Positions 1 to 8,313 of a stretch of DNA of 17,869 nucleotides are shown piece after piece. The notes below the pieces were generated by a model. That model saw only the letters and a list, made by a program, of their open reading frames with translations, had not been told where the DNA came from and searched no databases. Made by a program: the position numbers and the translations under genes. The first letter of the stretch is position 1, and the number at the start of each line of letters is the position of its first letter. Where the stretch lies: contig JAYTNF010000169.1 of the NCBI GenBank assembly GCA_043748455.1, positions 1 through 17,869 of the forward strand. Direction: 5' to 3'. The stretch is from Cytophagales bacterium. Lineage in GTDB: Bacteria; Bacteroidota; Bacteroidia; Cytophagales; Thermoflexibacteraceae.

Positions 1-3000
1 CCAACTTTCATACGTGCCACCTTCCCAATACGTCAAAGCACCATCATATAATTGCATCGTTTGCAATTTCTGAATAGCAGCTTGCACATTCTTTTTAGGA
101 TTTAGCAACTCTAAATTGCTATCTCCTATTGATTTTGCTATCTCTGCAAAGTAAATTTGAGGAAAAGCAGTCGAAGTTGTCTGTTCTACGCATCCGTATG
201 GATATTGTACCAAATATGCCAAGTTTTTAGAAAACTGCACCGCAGGAGATTTCGAAATGATTAATTTCCCTGAAACAGAACTTTGAATATAGTCCGCAGC
301 CAAGTCCAAAGTCGTATTAGTTTCAATAACTCCCGAATTAGAGGTTTTCAATAACGAGGTACTTGGACGTACTGTAATGTCTAAATTTTCCTTGAAACTT
401 TCACCATTACTCGAAAAACTTACATTGACTTTTGCAGTACCAATAAGTTCTTTTGCTTTGATTTTAAACTTGATTTGTTTTTCTCCATTTGGCGAAATTA
501 CCACATCAGAACTATTCGCACTTGTTAAATTTATAGCACCCGAAACATCAATAGTTGCTTTTCCGTTGGCATCTTTTAAAGTCGTATTTGTTACGGTCAT
601 CGTAATATCAACTTCATCATTTGGCGACAAAAATCTCGGTAAAGACGTACTCACAATAATTGGGTCAGCAATAGTCATATTTTTATTAGCACTACCGAAA
701 CCTGCATTTTTATGTGCCACCGCAATAATTCGCACACTTCCCGAAAACTTAGGCAAATTAACCGTATAACGAACTTCGCCATTGCCATCAGTTTTCAAAG
801 TTTTGCTCCAAAATGACAATAATTTTACCCTTTTATTTGCCAATGGATTAGTTCTTCCACTCAAATCATAATCATCTGCACCATAACTACGTGGCAAAGT
901 TTTAATTTCTGGAAAAAGTCGTGGATACATATCATAAGCCCGAACTTCTAAGGCACGTTTTTGAAAGAAAAAGGCGTAAGGATTTGGGTTTTCATACCGT
1001 TTTTTCAACAAAATTCCCTCATCAATTACTGCAACTGTAACCTCAATTCCTGCTTCACGTTTGCCACATTGCACCACAATTTCTTGCTTAACTTCTGACC
1101 TCGTTTTTTCTACTGCCTTGATTTCCAACGGAATAACATTGTCTGGATTTTCAACTGTAACCGACTGAAAACCGTGTGCAACCGTTAATGGAATGGCAGT
1201 TTGCGTAGCCGATTTTATCAAAGTTGCGGTTACGTACATATTCGGTACATAATCATTTTCTATTTTTACAGAAACTTCCGCAGCTTTTTTGTCCGACTGA
1301 GCATAAAAATATTTTTTCACTGTTCCCTGTTCTATCGTAACTAAAATTTTACCTTCAAAAGGTGTTTTTAGTAGGAATTTTGCAGTTTCGCCAACTTTAT
1401 ATTTTGCTTGGTCTGCCACAATTTTAATTTCGCCATCTTTATCAACTTCAAAAGACGAATTTTCTGTACTTCCCCAACTATACGCATAAAAACGTGCTAC
1501 AACGTAGGTTTGGTCGTTATTTTCGGCGGTAAAACGGACTTCATATTCCCCTGAACGGGCAGCCACAAAAGGATAATTTGTCGATTTTCCTTGCACACTT
1601 AGCATTTGTTCTTGCACAACTGTTTCTTTTTTCTGCGAAACATAGCGGAAATTATTGTTATAATCTCTTTCCAAAGCCGACTGCCAGTCATAACGAATAA
1701 TTTTTATTTTACCTTTTACAGACGTTGCAGCTTGCCCTTTTCTGTTCACTGCAATTAACCCAATTTGAATTGGCGTTTTGGTATTGTGGTAATAATCAGT
1801 CATTTTGATACCATAATATAGGTTTTGCGTTTCGACTTCAAAAGTCTTTTTCGAAGTAACAGTTCTGCCTGTTTCATCAAAAGCAGTTGTGTAAACATCA
1901 CCTGTCAATAAGCCCGCAAACTCAACTTGTGGCAATTCAAAACTTGCAACAATACCACCATTTGCATCAGTTTCTCCTTCCCTTCTTTCCAATTCTCCAA
2001 TATTTGGCACACCACCATAAATCGTAAAATTGTAATCTTCTAAGCCTTTCGAGTAAAATTCTTTGCGATTTAAAGTAGCAGTTGCTTCATATTTTCGGCT
2101 ACTTGCAGGAGTTCCAAACAAATTCATCACCACCGATTTTGCGATAACATTTTCGCCAGATTTATAAATTTCTTTGTCTAAATTTGTTGTAACTTTTATA
2201 CGGTCAGGCATAAATTCCTCAATATTTATGTTTTTGGAATTGAGAAATATGTCATTCGATGTATAAACTTCGATGCTATAACTTCCTGTAACCGCAGCAG
2301 GAGGAATGGTTAAAGTGGTTTCAAAGCTACCTTGTTCAGACAAAATGCCTCGAAAAACCTTAAATTCATTCCCATCAGGCAATAAAACTTTCATTTTTAT
2401 AGGAATTCCCGCAACAGGTCTGTAATCTTTATCTCTAATAATGGTTTTGATATTTGCAACTTCGTCAGGTCTGTAAAGTTCCCTATCTCCATAAATAAAT
2501 GCTTGATATTGCCCTACATTTCGACCAGTTTCATTATCATAACCATTGAATTTTACACCACCAATTTCAAAACGGTTCATACCTACCGCAGCTTGTTTGT
2601 AGTGCATATACGTAAAATCTTTTGCACCAGCTTCTTGTGCAGTAATCATTGTTACGTTGAAATCAGGGATTTTTTTCTTCAAATTTTGGAAATATGCAAC
2701 CCCATCAGCATCAGTTTTTGCAGTCAAAACCTCTTGATTATTTTCACTCACCAGCGTAACTTCTACATCTTTTAAGGCTTTTGTATCTATAATTGAGTTA
2801 GCAAAAACCCAAATATCGTTATCCGTAGCACGAGAAATTAAACCAATATCAGACATCGAAACCACCGAAGATGCACGTTTCCATTGGTCATCAACAGATT
2901 TTACTGTAACCACATAAATTCCTTTGTAAGTTGGCAAACGGTCAATAAAATCCATAGAAATAATTTGTCCGCCAGCACCTTGTGTCATATTTTTGGTTTC

Positions 3001-4326
3001 GTAATCTTGATTTAAAACTTGTGAACCATAATATTCCAAACCGCCATAATTATCAGAATAGTAATAATCACCCTCGCCATCTTCGCTGTAAGAATAATTG
3101 TAAAATCCCACTTTTTCACGCAAAAAGTTATTAATATTGTTATTGAAAACCTTATAAATCGAAACATTTACTTTTGCAATTCCAAAGATTTTTAAGGCAA
3201 TATTTTTCTGTCCTTTTGAAGTTAGATAAACAGATTTTTCAGAAGCAAAGGCAATCGTAGGAGATAATTCACCAAAAGTTATGTATTGTTCAAAGTTTTC
3301 AGCTAATGGAGTTCCCAAAACACCTTGTAAGTTTTTTTGAATAATAATCTTATAACTTCCCTCAAAATCAAATTTTCCTTTCACATAAAAACCAAAATCA
3401 GACATTTCTATTTCTGTTTGTGCAATTTTTGGTTCTATTATAATCAGTTCTTTTATTTGTTTTGCAGTCATTCCAATAGCCTGATTTGTAGATACGTGAA
3501 TGGCAGGACTTGTGCCTACGGTTTCGCCCATAACCTGCGTTATCTTAAAATCATTCGCATCGGGAACATCTGTTTCAAACTTCAATTCTTGGGCTTCATA
3601 GTCGCTATTTTGCAATTTTAATCCTTTTTTCACTGTAATTGCAGCAGTTTTGCCATCAAATTTCACATTTGGTATATTTGCAATGGCTAATTGTATTGTT
3701 GGCGAAACTTCTGTTTTATCAACTTTAAATGTAACAGCTTTATTATCAACCGTTAAATTAGTCAAATTTGCAACATCTGCGGGATTAACTTTGTAATTAA
3801 ATTCGAGATTTAAACGAACTTCTGGGCTACCTTGTTGATTTGCCACCCATAAAGCTTGTGCATTTACAAGAGCCAAATAAGGCGTATGAAACTTAAATTC
3901 TTTCTCTCCTGCAAGGCTAAAATTTGGGCTTTGTGGAGGTAAGTTTTTTACCAATTCGTCATTTAAAGTACCTATATAATCTGTACTTGGTTTGAAAGAC
4001 ATTTCAGGCGAAAAAATCAAATCACGTTTAGAATTCCATTTAAACTTACCTTGAATTTCAGGCGTAAATTTAATATACTGTGTCGAAACCCATTTATCTA
4101 TGAGTGTGTCGTGTGCTAAATCTTCCGAAAAACTAAATGTAAGATTTTGCTGTAAATTGATTTCATTTGTAAAATTTTTGCTCCTCAACTCAACTGTATC
4201 ACCCGAAAATGGAGATTTACAGGAATAGGAAATTAGGAATAATGCCAATAATCCTACAAAATTTCTAAAAATTTTATAGGTTTTTGGAATAGGTTTTGAC
4301 ATAATTGTTGAAAAATGGGTTTTCAT
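1..4326 (-). CDS. Alpha-2-macroglobulin family protein, large (>1440 aa in window), probable lipoprotein. The C-terminus lies beyond the window start. The N-terminal signal peptide is MKTHFSTIMSKPIPKTYKIFRNFVGLLALFLISYSCKS. The thioester-like motif YPYGCVEQ is encoded at about 181-204.
   Basis: I translated the minus strand manually. The frame is open from the ATG at 4324-4326 (alternative ATG at 4300-4302) to the window edge. Spot translations at about 1-210, about 1980-2040 and 3300-4326 stay in one frame. The MG-domain-like beta-rich sequence and the GCVEQ motif (A2M thioester consensus GCGEQ/CxEQ) support the family call. The six-frame track shows no plus-strand ORF above 130 aa over 1-4300, which fits antisense noise. 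Confidence 0.8.
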   Translation of the reverse strand, partial: MKTHFSTIMSKPIPKTYKIFRNFVGLLALFLISYSCKSPFSGDTVELRSKNFTNEINLQQNLTFSFSEDLAHDTLIDKWVSTQYIKFTPEIQGKFKWNSKRDLIFSPEMSFKPSTDYIGTLNDELVKNLPPQSPNFSLAGEKEFKFHTPYLALVNAQALWVANQQGSPEVRLNLEFNYKVNPADVANLTNLTVDNKAVTFKVDKTEVSPTIQLAIANIPNVKFDGKTAAITVKKGLKLQNSDYEAQELKFETDVPDANDFKITQVMGETVGTSPAIHVSTNQAIGMTAKQIKELIIIEPKIAQTEIEMSDFGFYVKGKFDFEGSYKIIIQKNLQGVLGTPLAENFEQYITFGELSPTIAFASEKSVYLTSKGQKNIALKIFGIAKVNVSIYKVFNNNINNFLREKVGFYNYSYSEDGEGDYYYSDNYGGLEYYGSQVLNQDYETKNMTQGAGGQIISMDFIDRLPTYKGIYVVTVKSVDDQWKRASSVVSMSDIGLISRATDNDIWVFANSIIDTKALKDVEVTLVSENNQEVLTAKTDADGVAYFQNLKKKIPDFNVTMITAQEAGAKDFTYMHYKQAAVGMNRFEIGGVKFNGYDNETGRNVGQYQAFIYGDRELYRPDEVANIKTIIRDKDYRPVAGIPIKMKVLLPDGNEFKVFRGILSEQGSFETTLTIPPAAVTGSYSIEVYTSNDIFLNSKNINIEEFMPDRIKVTTNLDKEIYKSGENVIAKSVVMNLFGTPASSRKYEATATLNRKEFYSKGLEDYNFTIYGGVPNIGELERREGETDANGGIVASFELPQVEFAGLLTGDVYTTAFDETGRTVTSKKTFEVETQNLYYGIKMTDYYHNTKTPIQIGLIAVNRKGQAATSVKGKIKIIRYDWQSALERDYNNNFRYVSQKKETVVQEQMLSVQGKSTNYPFVAARSGEYEVRFTAENNDQTYVVARFYAYSWGSTENSSFEVDKDGEIKIVADQAKYKVGETAKFLLKTPFEGKILVTIEQGTVKKYFYAQSDKKAAEVSVKIENDYVPNMYVTATLIKSATQTAIPLTVAHGFQSVTVENPDNVIPLEIKAVEKTRSEVKQEIVVQCGKREAGIEVTVAVIDEGILLKKRYENPNPYAFFFQKRALEVRAYDMYPRLFPEIKTLPRSYGADDYDLSGRTNPLANKRVKLLSFWSKTLKTDGNGEVRYTVNLPKFSGSVRIIAVAHKNAGFGSANKNMTIADPIIVSTSLPRFLSPNDEVDITMTVTNTTLKDANGKATIDVSGAINLTSANSSDVVISPNGEKQIKFKIKAKELIGTAKVNVSFSSNGESFKENLDITVRPSTSLLKTSNSGVIETNTTLDLAADYIQSSVSGKLIISKSPAVQFSKNLAYLVQYPYGCVEQTTSTAFPQIYFAEIAKSIGDSNLELLNPKKNVQAAIQKLQTMQLYDGALTYWEGGTYESW

Positions 4327-4360
4327 ATATTGTTGGGTTTGTTATAAGTTCAAATAGATA

Positions 4361-4392
4361 ACTTTCCAAAAGTAAACAAACTTTTGGAAAGT
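4361..4392. promoter_or_regulatory. Perfect 12-bp inverted repeat, ACTTTCCAAAAG-N8-CTTTTGGAAAGT, 35-65 bp upstream of the A2M gene start. It is a candidate operator, or possibly a weak terminator for paralog A.
   Basis: Palindrome read directly. The AT-rich stem (3 GC pairs out of 12) argues for a protein-binding site more than for a stable terminator. Confidence 0.4.
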
Positions 4393-4431
4393 ATTAGCTT
4401 AGTTTTAGAAAGTTTTTTTGGCTTATAAAAG

Positions 4432-4484
4432 TTACACTTTTTCTGGGGAAAGTGCAAAAAAGAGAGAAATTTATTTTTTTGTGG
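4432..4484 (+). repeat. Copy 1 of a conserved intergenic motif (TTACACTTTTTCTGGGGAAAGTGCAAAAAAGAGAGAAATTTATTTTTTTGTGG). It lies between the 3' end of paralog A and the 5' end of the A2M gene.
   Basis: About 88% identical over about 50 bp to copy 2 at 5143..5192, in the same orientation. The flanking AAAAGTTACAC / AAAATATTACAC is also similar. Confidence 0.7.
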
Positions 4485-4503
4485 GAGAAATATTGGTACT
4501 ACT

Positions 4504-5100
4504 TTATTTCACATAAAGTTGTATAATGTGATGCCATACACCTAATATTTCTTGTAAATCTGTATAAATTTTGTTGTCTATGTAAAATATGTTATTTTCA
4601 AAACGCATAAACTGCCAATCATTACTATTGGTTGCACAACCATACAAAACAGGAATATTTTTGCCTTCCATTTCATTAAAAAGTTTAGCTCCATATAATT
4701 GTGCTGCACATTGAGCAATGCCATAATCCATATCTTCATCTTTTGCCTCTACTAATGAAATTATAGGACTTTCTAAATAAGGTTTTCGAGGGGCAAGTAC
4801 AAAGAAAAAATCACACTCACCCGATAAATTTTTATCACCATCAACATAAAGTTCTTCTCCCGAAAATAAAGTAATTTTGTCAAAATAAGCCTCTGCTACT
4901 TCGCTTAAAATAGGAGAAACTATTTTTTCAGATTTAACTTTTTCGTTAGTTAAAGGAAAGAAGTAAGCCTTTTGTAATGTCATTTTTAACCAATCACTTG
5001 GGGCAATAGGTGTTATACTTTCAAATAAAATTGCTTTTTCTGCATTTAAACCAAAAGTCTTTGTTACTTCTTTGAGTTTTTTGAATTTGCTATATCCCAT
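4504..5100 (-). CDS. Hypothetical 198-aa protein, paralog A of a divergent pair. It may have a PD-(D/E)xK-like nuclease fold, with motifs D(FFF) ... VEAKDED.
   Basis: ORF from the track. It is about 50% identical by eye to the 5233..5832 product. Shared blocks are MGYS.., ITP(I/V)APS(D/N)WL, PLTNEK.KSE.I.SPIL, ITLFSGE(E/D)L, CDFFF, (L/F)VEAKDED, YGCA and W(Q/K)F.R. A Bacteroidetes-type -7 box (TATCTTTG, reverse complement of 5126..5133) lies about 25 nt upstream. Confidence 0.8.
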   Translation of the reverse strand: MGYSKFKKLKEVTKTFGLNAEKAILFESITPIAPSDWLKMTLQKAYFFPLTNEKVKSEKIVSPILSEVAEAYFDKITLFSGEELYVDGDKNLSGECDFFFVLAPRKPYLESPIISLVEAKDEDMDYGIAQCAAQLYGAKLFNEMEGKNIPVLYGCATNSNDWQFMRFENNIFYIDNKIYTDLQEILGVWHHIIQLYVK

Positions 5101-5142
5101 AATTTTATTTCGTTTTTACTTTTCACAAAGATACAAAAATAT

Positions 5143-5192
5143 TACACTTTTTTTGTGGAAGTGCAAAAAGAGAGAGGAATTTATTTTTATTG
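5143..5192 (+). promoter_or_regulatory. Copy 2 of the conserved motif (TTACACTTTTTTTGTGGAAGTGCAAAAAGAGAGAGGAATTTATTTTTATTG), inside the shared divergent promoter region of paralogs A and B. Bacteroidetes-type -7 boxes lie at 5205..5212 (+, TATATTTG, for gene B) and at the reverse complement of 5126..5133 (TATCTTTG, for gene A).
   Basis: I compared the sequence directly with copies 1 and 3. The position is 40-90 bp upstream of the gene B ATG. The TAnnTTTG -7 consensus for Bacteroidetes sigma-A promoters is established knowledge. Confidence 0.55.
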
Positions 5193-5232
5193 AACTTAAA
5201 AGACTATATTTGCTTACAAAACTATCAACATT

Positions 5233-5832
5233 ATGGGATATAGCAATTACAAAAGCCTTAAAATGGCACTCAAAAGACTTAATTTAGATGAAATAGATAT
5301 TAATCTTTTCCCAAGCATTACGCCTGTTGCACCGTCTAATTGGTTGATAGAAACTTTAAAAATAGCTAAAAGAATACCATTAACTAACGAAAAAAGTAAG
5401 TCTGAAAGGATAATTTCACCTATTTTAGCAGAAGCAGCTTTGCATTATGAAAGCCAGATAACACTATTTTCGGGCGAAGATTTAACCGTAGATACAGATA
5501 GAGATTTATCGGGTGCTTGCGATTTTTTCTTTGCCAAACATCCACGCAAAAGTGTGATGCAAGCACCAATTATTACGTTTGTAGAGGCAAAAGATGAAGA
5601 TTTTGAGTATGGACAAGCCCAATGTACCGCACAAATGTATGCTTCATTGCTTTATAACGAACAAGAAGGAAAACCTATTCCTTTCGTATATGGTTGTGCG
5701 GTTACGGGTGATGTGTGGAAATTTTTGCGTTTGGAAAAAGACAAATTATATATTGATATTGAAAATTATTATGTGAATGATTTGCCTACTTTGCTCGGAA
5801 TTTTTAAACAAATTATAGAAAAATATTTGTAG
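5233..5832 (+). CDS. Hypothetical 199-aa protein, paralog B of the divergent pair, with the same conserved motifs as 4504..5100.
   Basis: ORF from the track with clear paralogy to the neighbouring gene. A -7-like box TATATTTG sits at 5205..5212, 20 nt upstream of the ATG. The conserved upstream motif (repeat copy 2) lies at 5143..5192. Confidence 0.8.
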   Translation: MGYSNYKSLKMALKRLNLDEIDINLFPSITPVAPSNWLIETLKIAKRIPLTNEKSKSERIISPILAEAALHYESQITLFSGEDLTVDTDRDLSGACDFFFAKHPRKSVMQAPIITFVEAKDEDFEYGQAQCTAQMYASLLYNEQEGKPIPFVYGCAVTGDVWKFLRLEKDKLYIDIENYYVNDLPTLLGIFKQIIEKYL

Positions 5833-5850
5833 TTATTCAGGTGTGTGATT

Positions 5851-5865
5851 GTGGCTTTTAGCCAC
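5851..5865. terminator. Weak hairpin (GTGGCT-TTT-AGCCAC) between the convergent genes ending at 5832 (+) and 5914 (-).
   Basis: 6-bp perfect stem with a 3-nt loop. No strong U-tract follows, so this is low confidence. Confidence 0.2.
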
Positions 5866-5913
5866 CAAAACCATATAACAACAGTAGACAATTTTATTTC
5901 ACAGAGATAATTT

Positions 5914-8136
5914 CTACATCAATAAACCTACAACCGATATATCATCACGTTGTGGTTGTTCTTTTTGATGCTGATTTAAGGCATCTATCAATATTTGTTT
6001 TTGCTCATTTAATGCTGTATTTTGAAATGCTCCAAGCATTGTTCTTAGATTTTGCAAGCCTAAACGGTTTCTATTTGCATCATTTTGGTCTGTGTAACCA
6101 TCAGTGCTAAAATAGATAACTTGACCTTTTTGTTGGGTAAATATTTGGTTATTAAATTTTTGTTTGTTGTTACTATTGCCTCCAATGGTAATTCTGTCGC
6201 CCGACATTTTAGTTATTATGTGATTTTCTGCATGTGTTAAATTTTCAAAATAATATATATATGTATGTGAGCCTGCAAAAGTTATTTCAATTTTTTGATG
6301 TGCTTGTTTTTCAAAAAGACATAAGCTAATATCCAAACCATCAGAGTTTTTGCCCTCATGTTGTCTTAATATCTTCTGGATACGAATATCTAAATTCTGT
6401 AAAATCTTTGCAGGTGATTCTATTTTTGCAATTTCTACTGCCTCATATAATAAGGTATTACAAACCATTGTAACAAATGCACCAGGTACGCCATGACCTG
6501 TGCAATCTGCTAAGGCAAACAAGGCTCGTTGGTAAGATTGATTGTCAATAATAGTATCTGATAAGTTTGTAAACCAATAAAAATCTCCACTTACTACATC
6601 TTTTGGTAAATAAATTGTGAAATGCTCTTTAAAAAAACTGTTTATTAATGCAGTATCAGGCAAAATAACTTGTTGTATATTTTGGGCATATTTAATACTT
6701 TGATTAAGTCTTTGTGTAGTATCTTGCAATTCTATGAGTGTATTTTCAGCACGTTGTTTTTGTAACTCGGTTTCAATATGTTGTATTCCTAAAGTTTCAT
6801 TAATAGTTAAAAGTTCTTCTTGTTGTTGTTTAATTTCTTCATTTTGCACTTCAAGCATCATATTATTTTCATGAAGTTCTTGAGTTCTGGTGGCTACTTT
6901 TTGCTCTAAAACTGCATTTTGCTCTTGCACTATGACAAGCAAATCAGCTTTTGCTTTTTCGTTATCTACTTTCAGACTATTTATTTTATCAGCCAATGCC
7001 AAAGATAGTAGCAACATTTCGGCTGCCGAACCAAGTTGCATGGCTTGTAATGTGAAAGCATTTGCAGGTAAAAGCCCTAAATTTCCACTAAATTGTGCTA
7101 TTACACAGAATAAAAAAGAACCAAAGGCATATAAATAAAATTTTGCAGGCTTAAAACCTTGTTTATAAAGTATCCAAGATGTATAAAGTAAATAGAAAGA
7201 GCTAATTAAAGCAATAGCATTTACTGAAATGCAGCTTGCAAAACGAAATCCTAAAAACCCTAATAAAGCAGAAATGAAATAACATAAAATTAGGAAAACT
7301 AAGATTTTATGATTTTTAGGAAGTTGCCTTTTAGTTTCGAGAAATAACACAGAAAATATATTTGCTAAACTGCCTGCAACTCCATAAATTCCAATAGTAT
7401 AAGGATTAAAACTTTCAAAATTCACAAATAACAATGAAGCACTAATTCCTTTAAAATCTGCCAAAGTAATACTCAACATAGCTACATAAACAACATAAAT
7501 TAAGTACAATTTATCTCTTACAGAAAACCAAATAAACAAATTATATAAAATAATGAGTAATGCAAACCCAAAATACATGCCCTGAGTAATATCTTGACGA
7601 TAACTTAGCCAAGTCATTGTGCTTTCCTTTGCAATAACAAGAGGAATTGCTAATGGTTTTATACTTTTTACACGAATAAAAAAAGTTTGGGTAGTATTTT
7701 CTACTAAGTTTAATGGAAAAATAAATTGGTGACCTTGATGAAAACGTGTTTTGAAAGGCACAAGCTGACCAATATGAAATACTTTTGTAACTGTATCTGC
7801 TTGAATATGGTATAAACTTAGGCTATCAATATCTCCTTTATCTATTTCTAAAAAAAACTTTTCTTGACTATTATTTTTTAGTTCAAATTGCAACCAATAG
7901 GTAAAAGGAGTTATCTGAAAATTTGGTACTTCGTTAGTGCTTGCTTTAAAAAGTGCCTGTTTTTCAAGATTAATGACCTCTGTTATGCTAAACTGACCTT
8001 CTTTATCTTCCAAAATTTTACAATATTCTCCAAGATATTTAGGTAGATTAGGGTTTTGCAAATCTATTACAGTCTGTGCAAAAATAGTATTTGTGGAAAA
8101 TAAATATAAAATAAGTAAAAAAATTAGTCTTAACAT
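5914..8136 (-). CDS. 7TM-DISM family sensor fused to a C-terminal PP2C/SpoIIE-type serine phosphatase. It has a signal peptide, an extracytoplasmic 7TMR-DISMED2-like domain, seven predicted TM helices, a coiled coil and a PP2C domain.
   Basis: The N-terminus MLRLIFLLILYLFSTNTIFAQ is a signal peptide. The central hydrophobic block of roughly residues 185-380 has about seven helices. A coiled coil follows (KVDNEKAKADLLVIVQEQNAVLEQK...). PP2C/SpoIIE motifs are SGDFYWF, ALADCTGHGVPGAF, DGLD and STDGYTDQ. Confidence 0.8.
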   Translation of the reverse strand: MLRLIFLLILYLFSTNTIFAQTVIDLQNPNLPKYLGEYCKILEDKEGQFSITEVINLEKQALFKASTNEVPNFQITPFTYWLQFELKNNSQEKFFLEIDKGDIDSLSLYHIQADTVTKVFHIGQLVPFKTRFHQGHQFIFPLNLVENTTQTFFIRVKSIKPLAIPLVIAKESTMTWLSYRQDITQGMYFGFALLIILYNLFIWFSVRDKLYLIYVVYVAMLSITLADFKGISASLLFVNFESFNPYTIGIYGVAGSLANIFSVLFLETKRQLPKNHKILVFLILCYFISALLGFLGFRFASCISVNAIALISSFYLLYTSWILYKQGFKPAKFYLYAFGSFLFCVIAQFSGNLGLLPANAFTLQAMQLGSAAEMLLLSLALADKINSLKVDNEKAKADLLVIVQEQNAVLEQKVATRTQELHENNMMLEVQNEEIKQQQEELLTINETLGIQHIETELQKQRAENTLIELQDTTQRLNQSIKYAQNIQQVILPDTALINSFFKEHFTIYLPKDVVSGDFYWFTNLSDTIIDNQSYQRALFALADCTGHGVPGAFVTMVCNTLLYEAVEIAKIESPAKILQNLDIRIQKILRQHEGKNSDGLDISLCLFEKQAHQKIEITFAGSHTYIYYFENLTHAENHIITKMSGDRITIGGNSNNKQKFNNQIFTQQKGQVIYFSTDGYTDQNDANRNRLGLQNLRTMLGAFQNTALNEQKQILIDALNQHQKEQPQRDDISVVGLLM

Positions 8137-8313
8137 AACAGATAAATATATTAGTTGTTTTGGTTATTGTCTTAATTTGATACTAAAAAATTTAGAATGT
8201 CAATATCAAAATATAAATTTTTCAAAGGCAATATCTATCCATATTTGAATAGAGTAATGATGAATAGATAAACTGATTATGTTTTGTTGTAAAGTTAATA
8301 TTATGTATGAGAA

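Noticed and set aside
377-3621. Plus-strand ORFs 377..769, 2503..2775 and 3337..3621 from the track.
   Set aside because: They lie antisense inside the continuous minus-strand A2M reading frame. Their products are low-complexity and Phe/Ile/Leu-rich, with no start context or motifs. I treat them as AT-rich antisense noise.
4436-5200. A vault-RNA-like small RNA encoded by the conserved motif near the MVP locus.
   Set aside because: This is pure speculation prompted by the eukaryotic vault RNP. I see no promoter plus terminator pair or stable structure defining an sRNA, so I do not claim it.
4504-5832. RecB-family QxxxY motif after the E-A-K in the paralogs, which would assign them to Cas4/RecB-like nucleases.
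   Set aside because: The spacing in both paralogs (Q-C-A-A-Q-L-Y and Q-C-T-A-Q-M-Y) does not match QxxxY. Only a generic PD-(D/E)xK-like possibility is retained.
5072-7138. Small ORFs 5072..5287 (+), 5594..5776 (+) and 6890..7138 (+).
   Set aside because: They overlap the paralog-pair promoter region or genes, or lie antisense to the 7TM-PP2C gene. Their composition is typical of spurious AT-rich ORFs.
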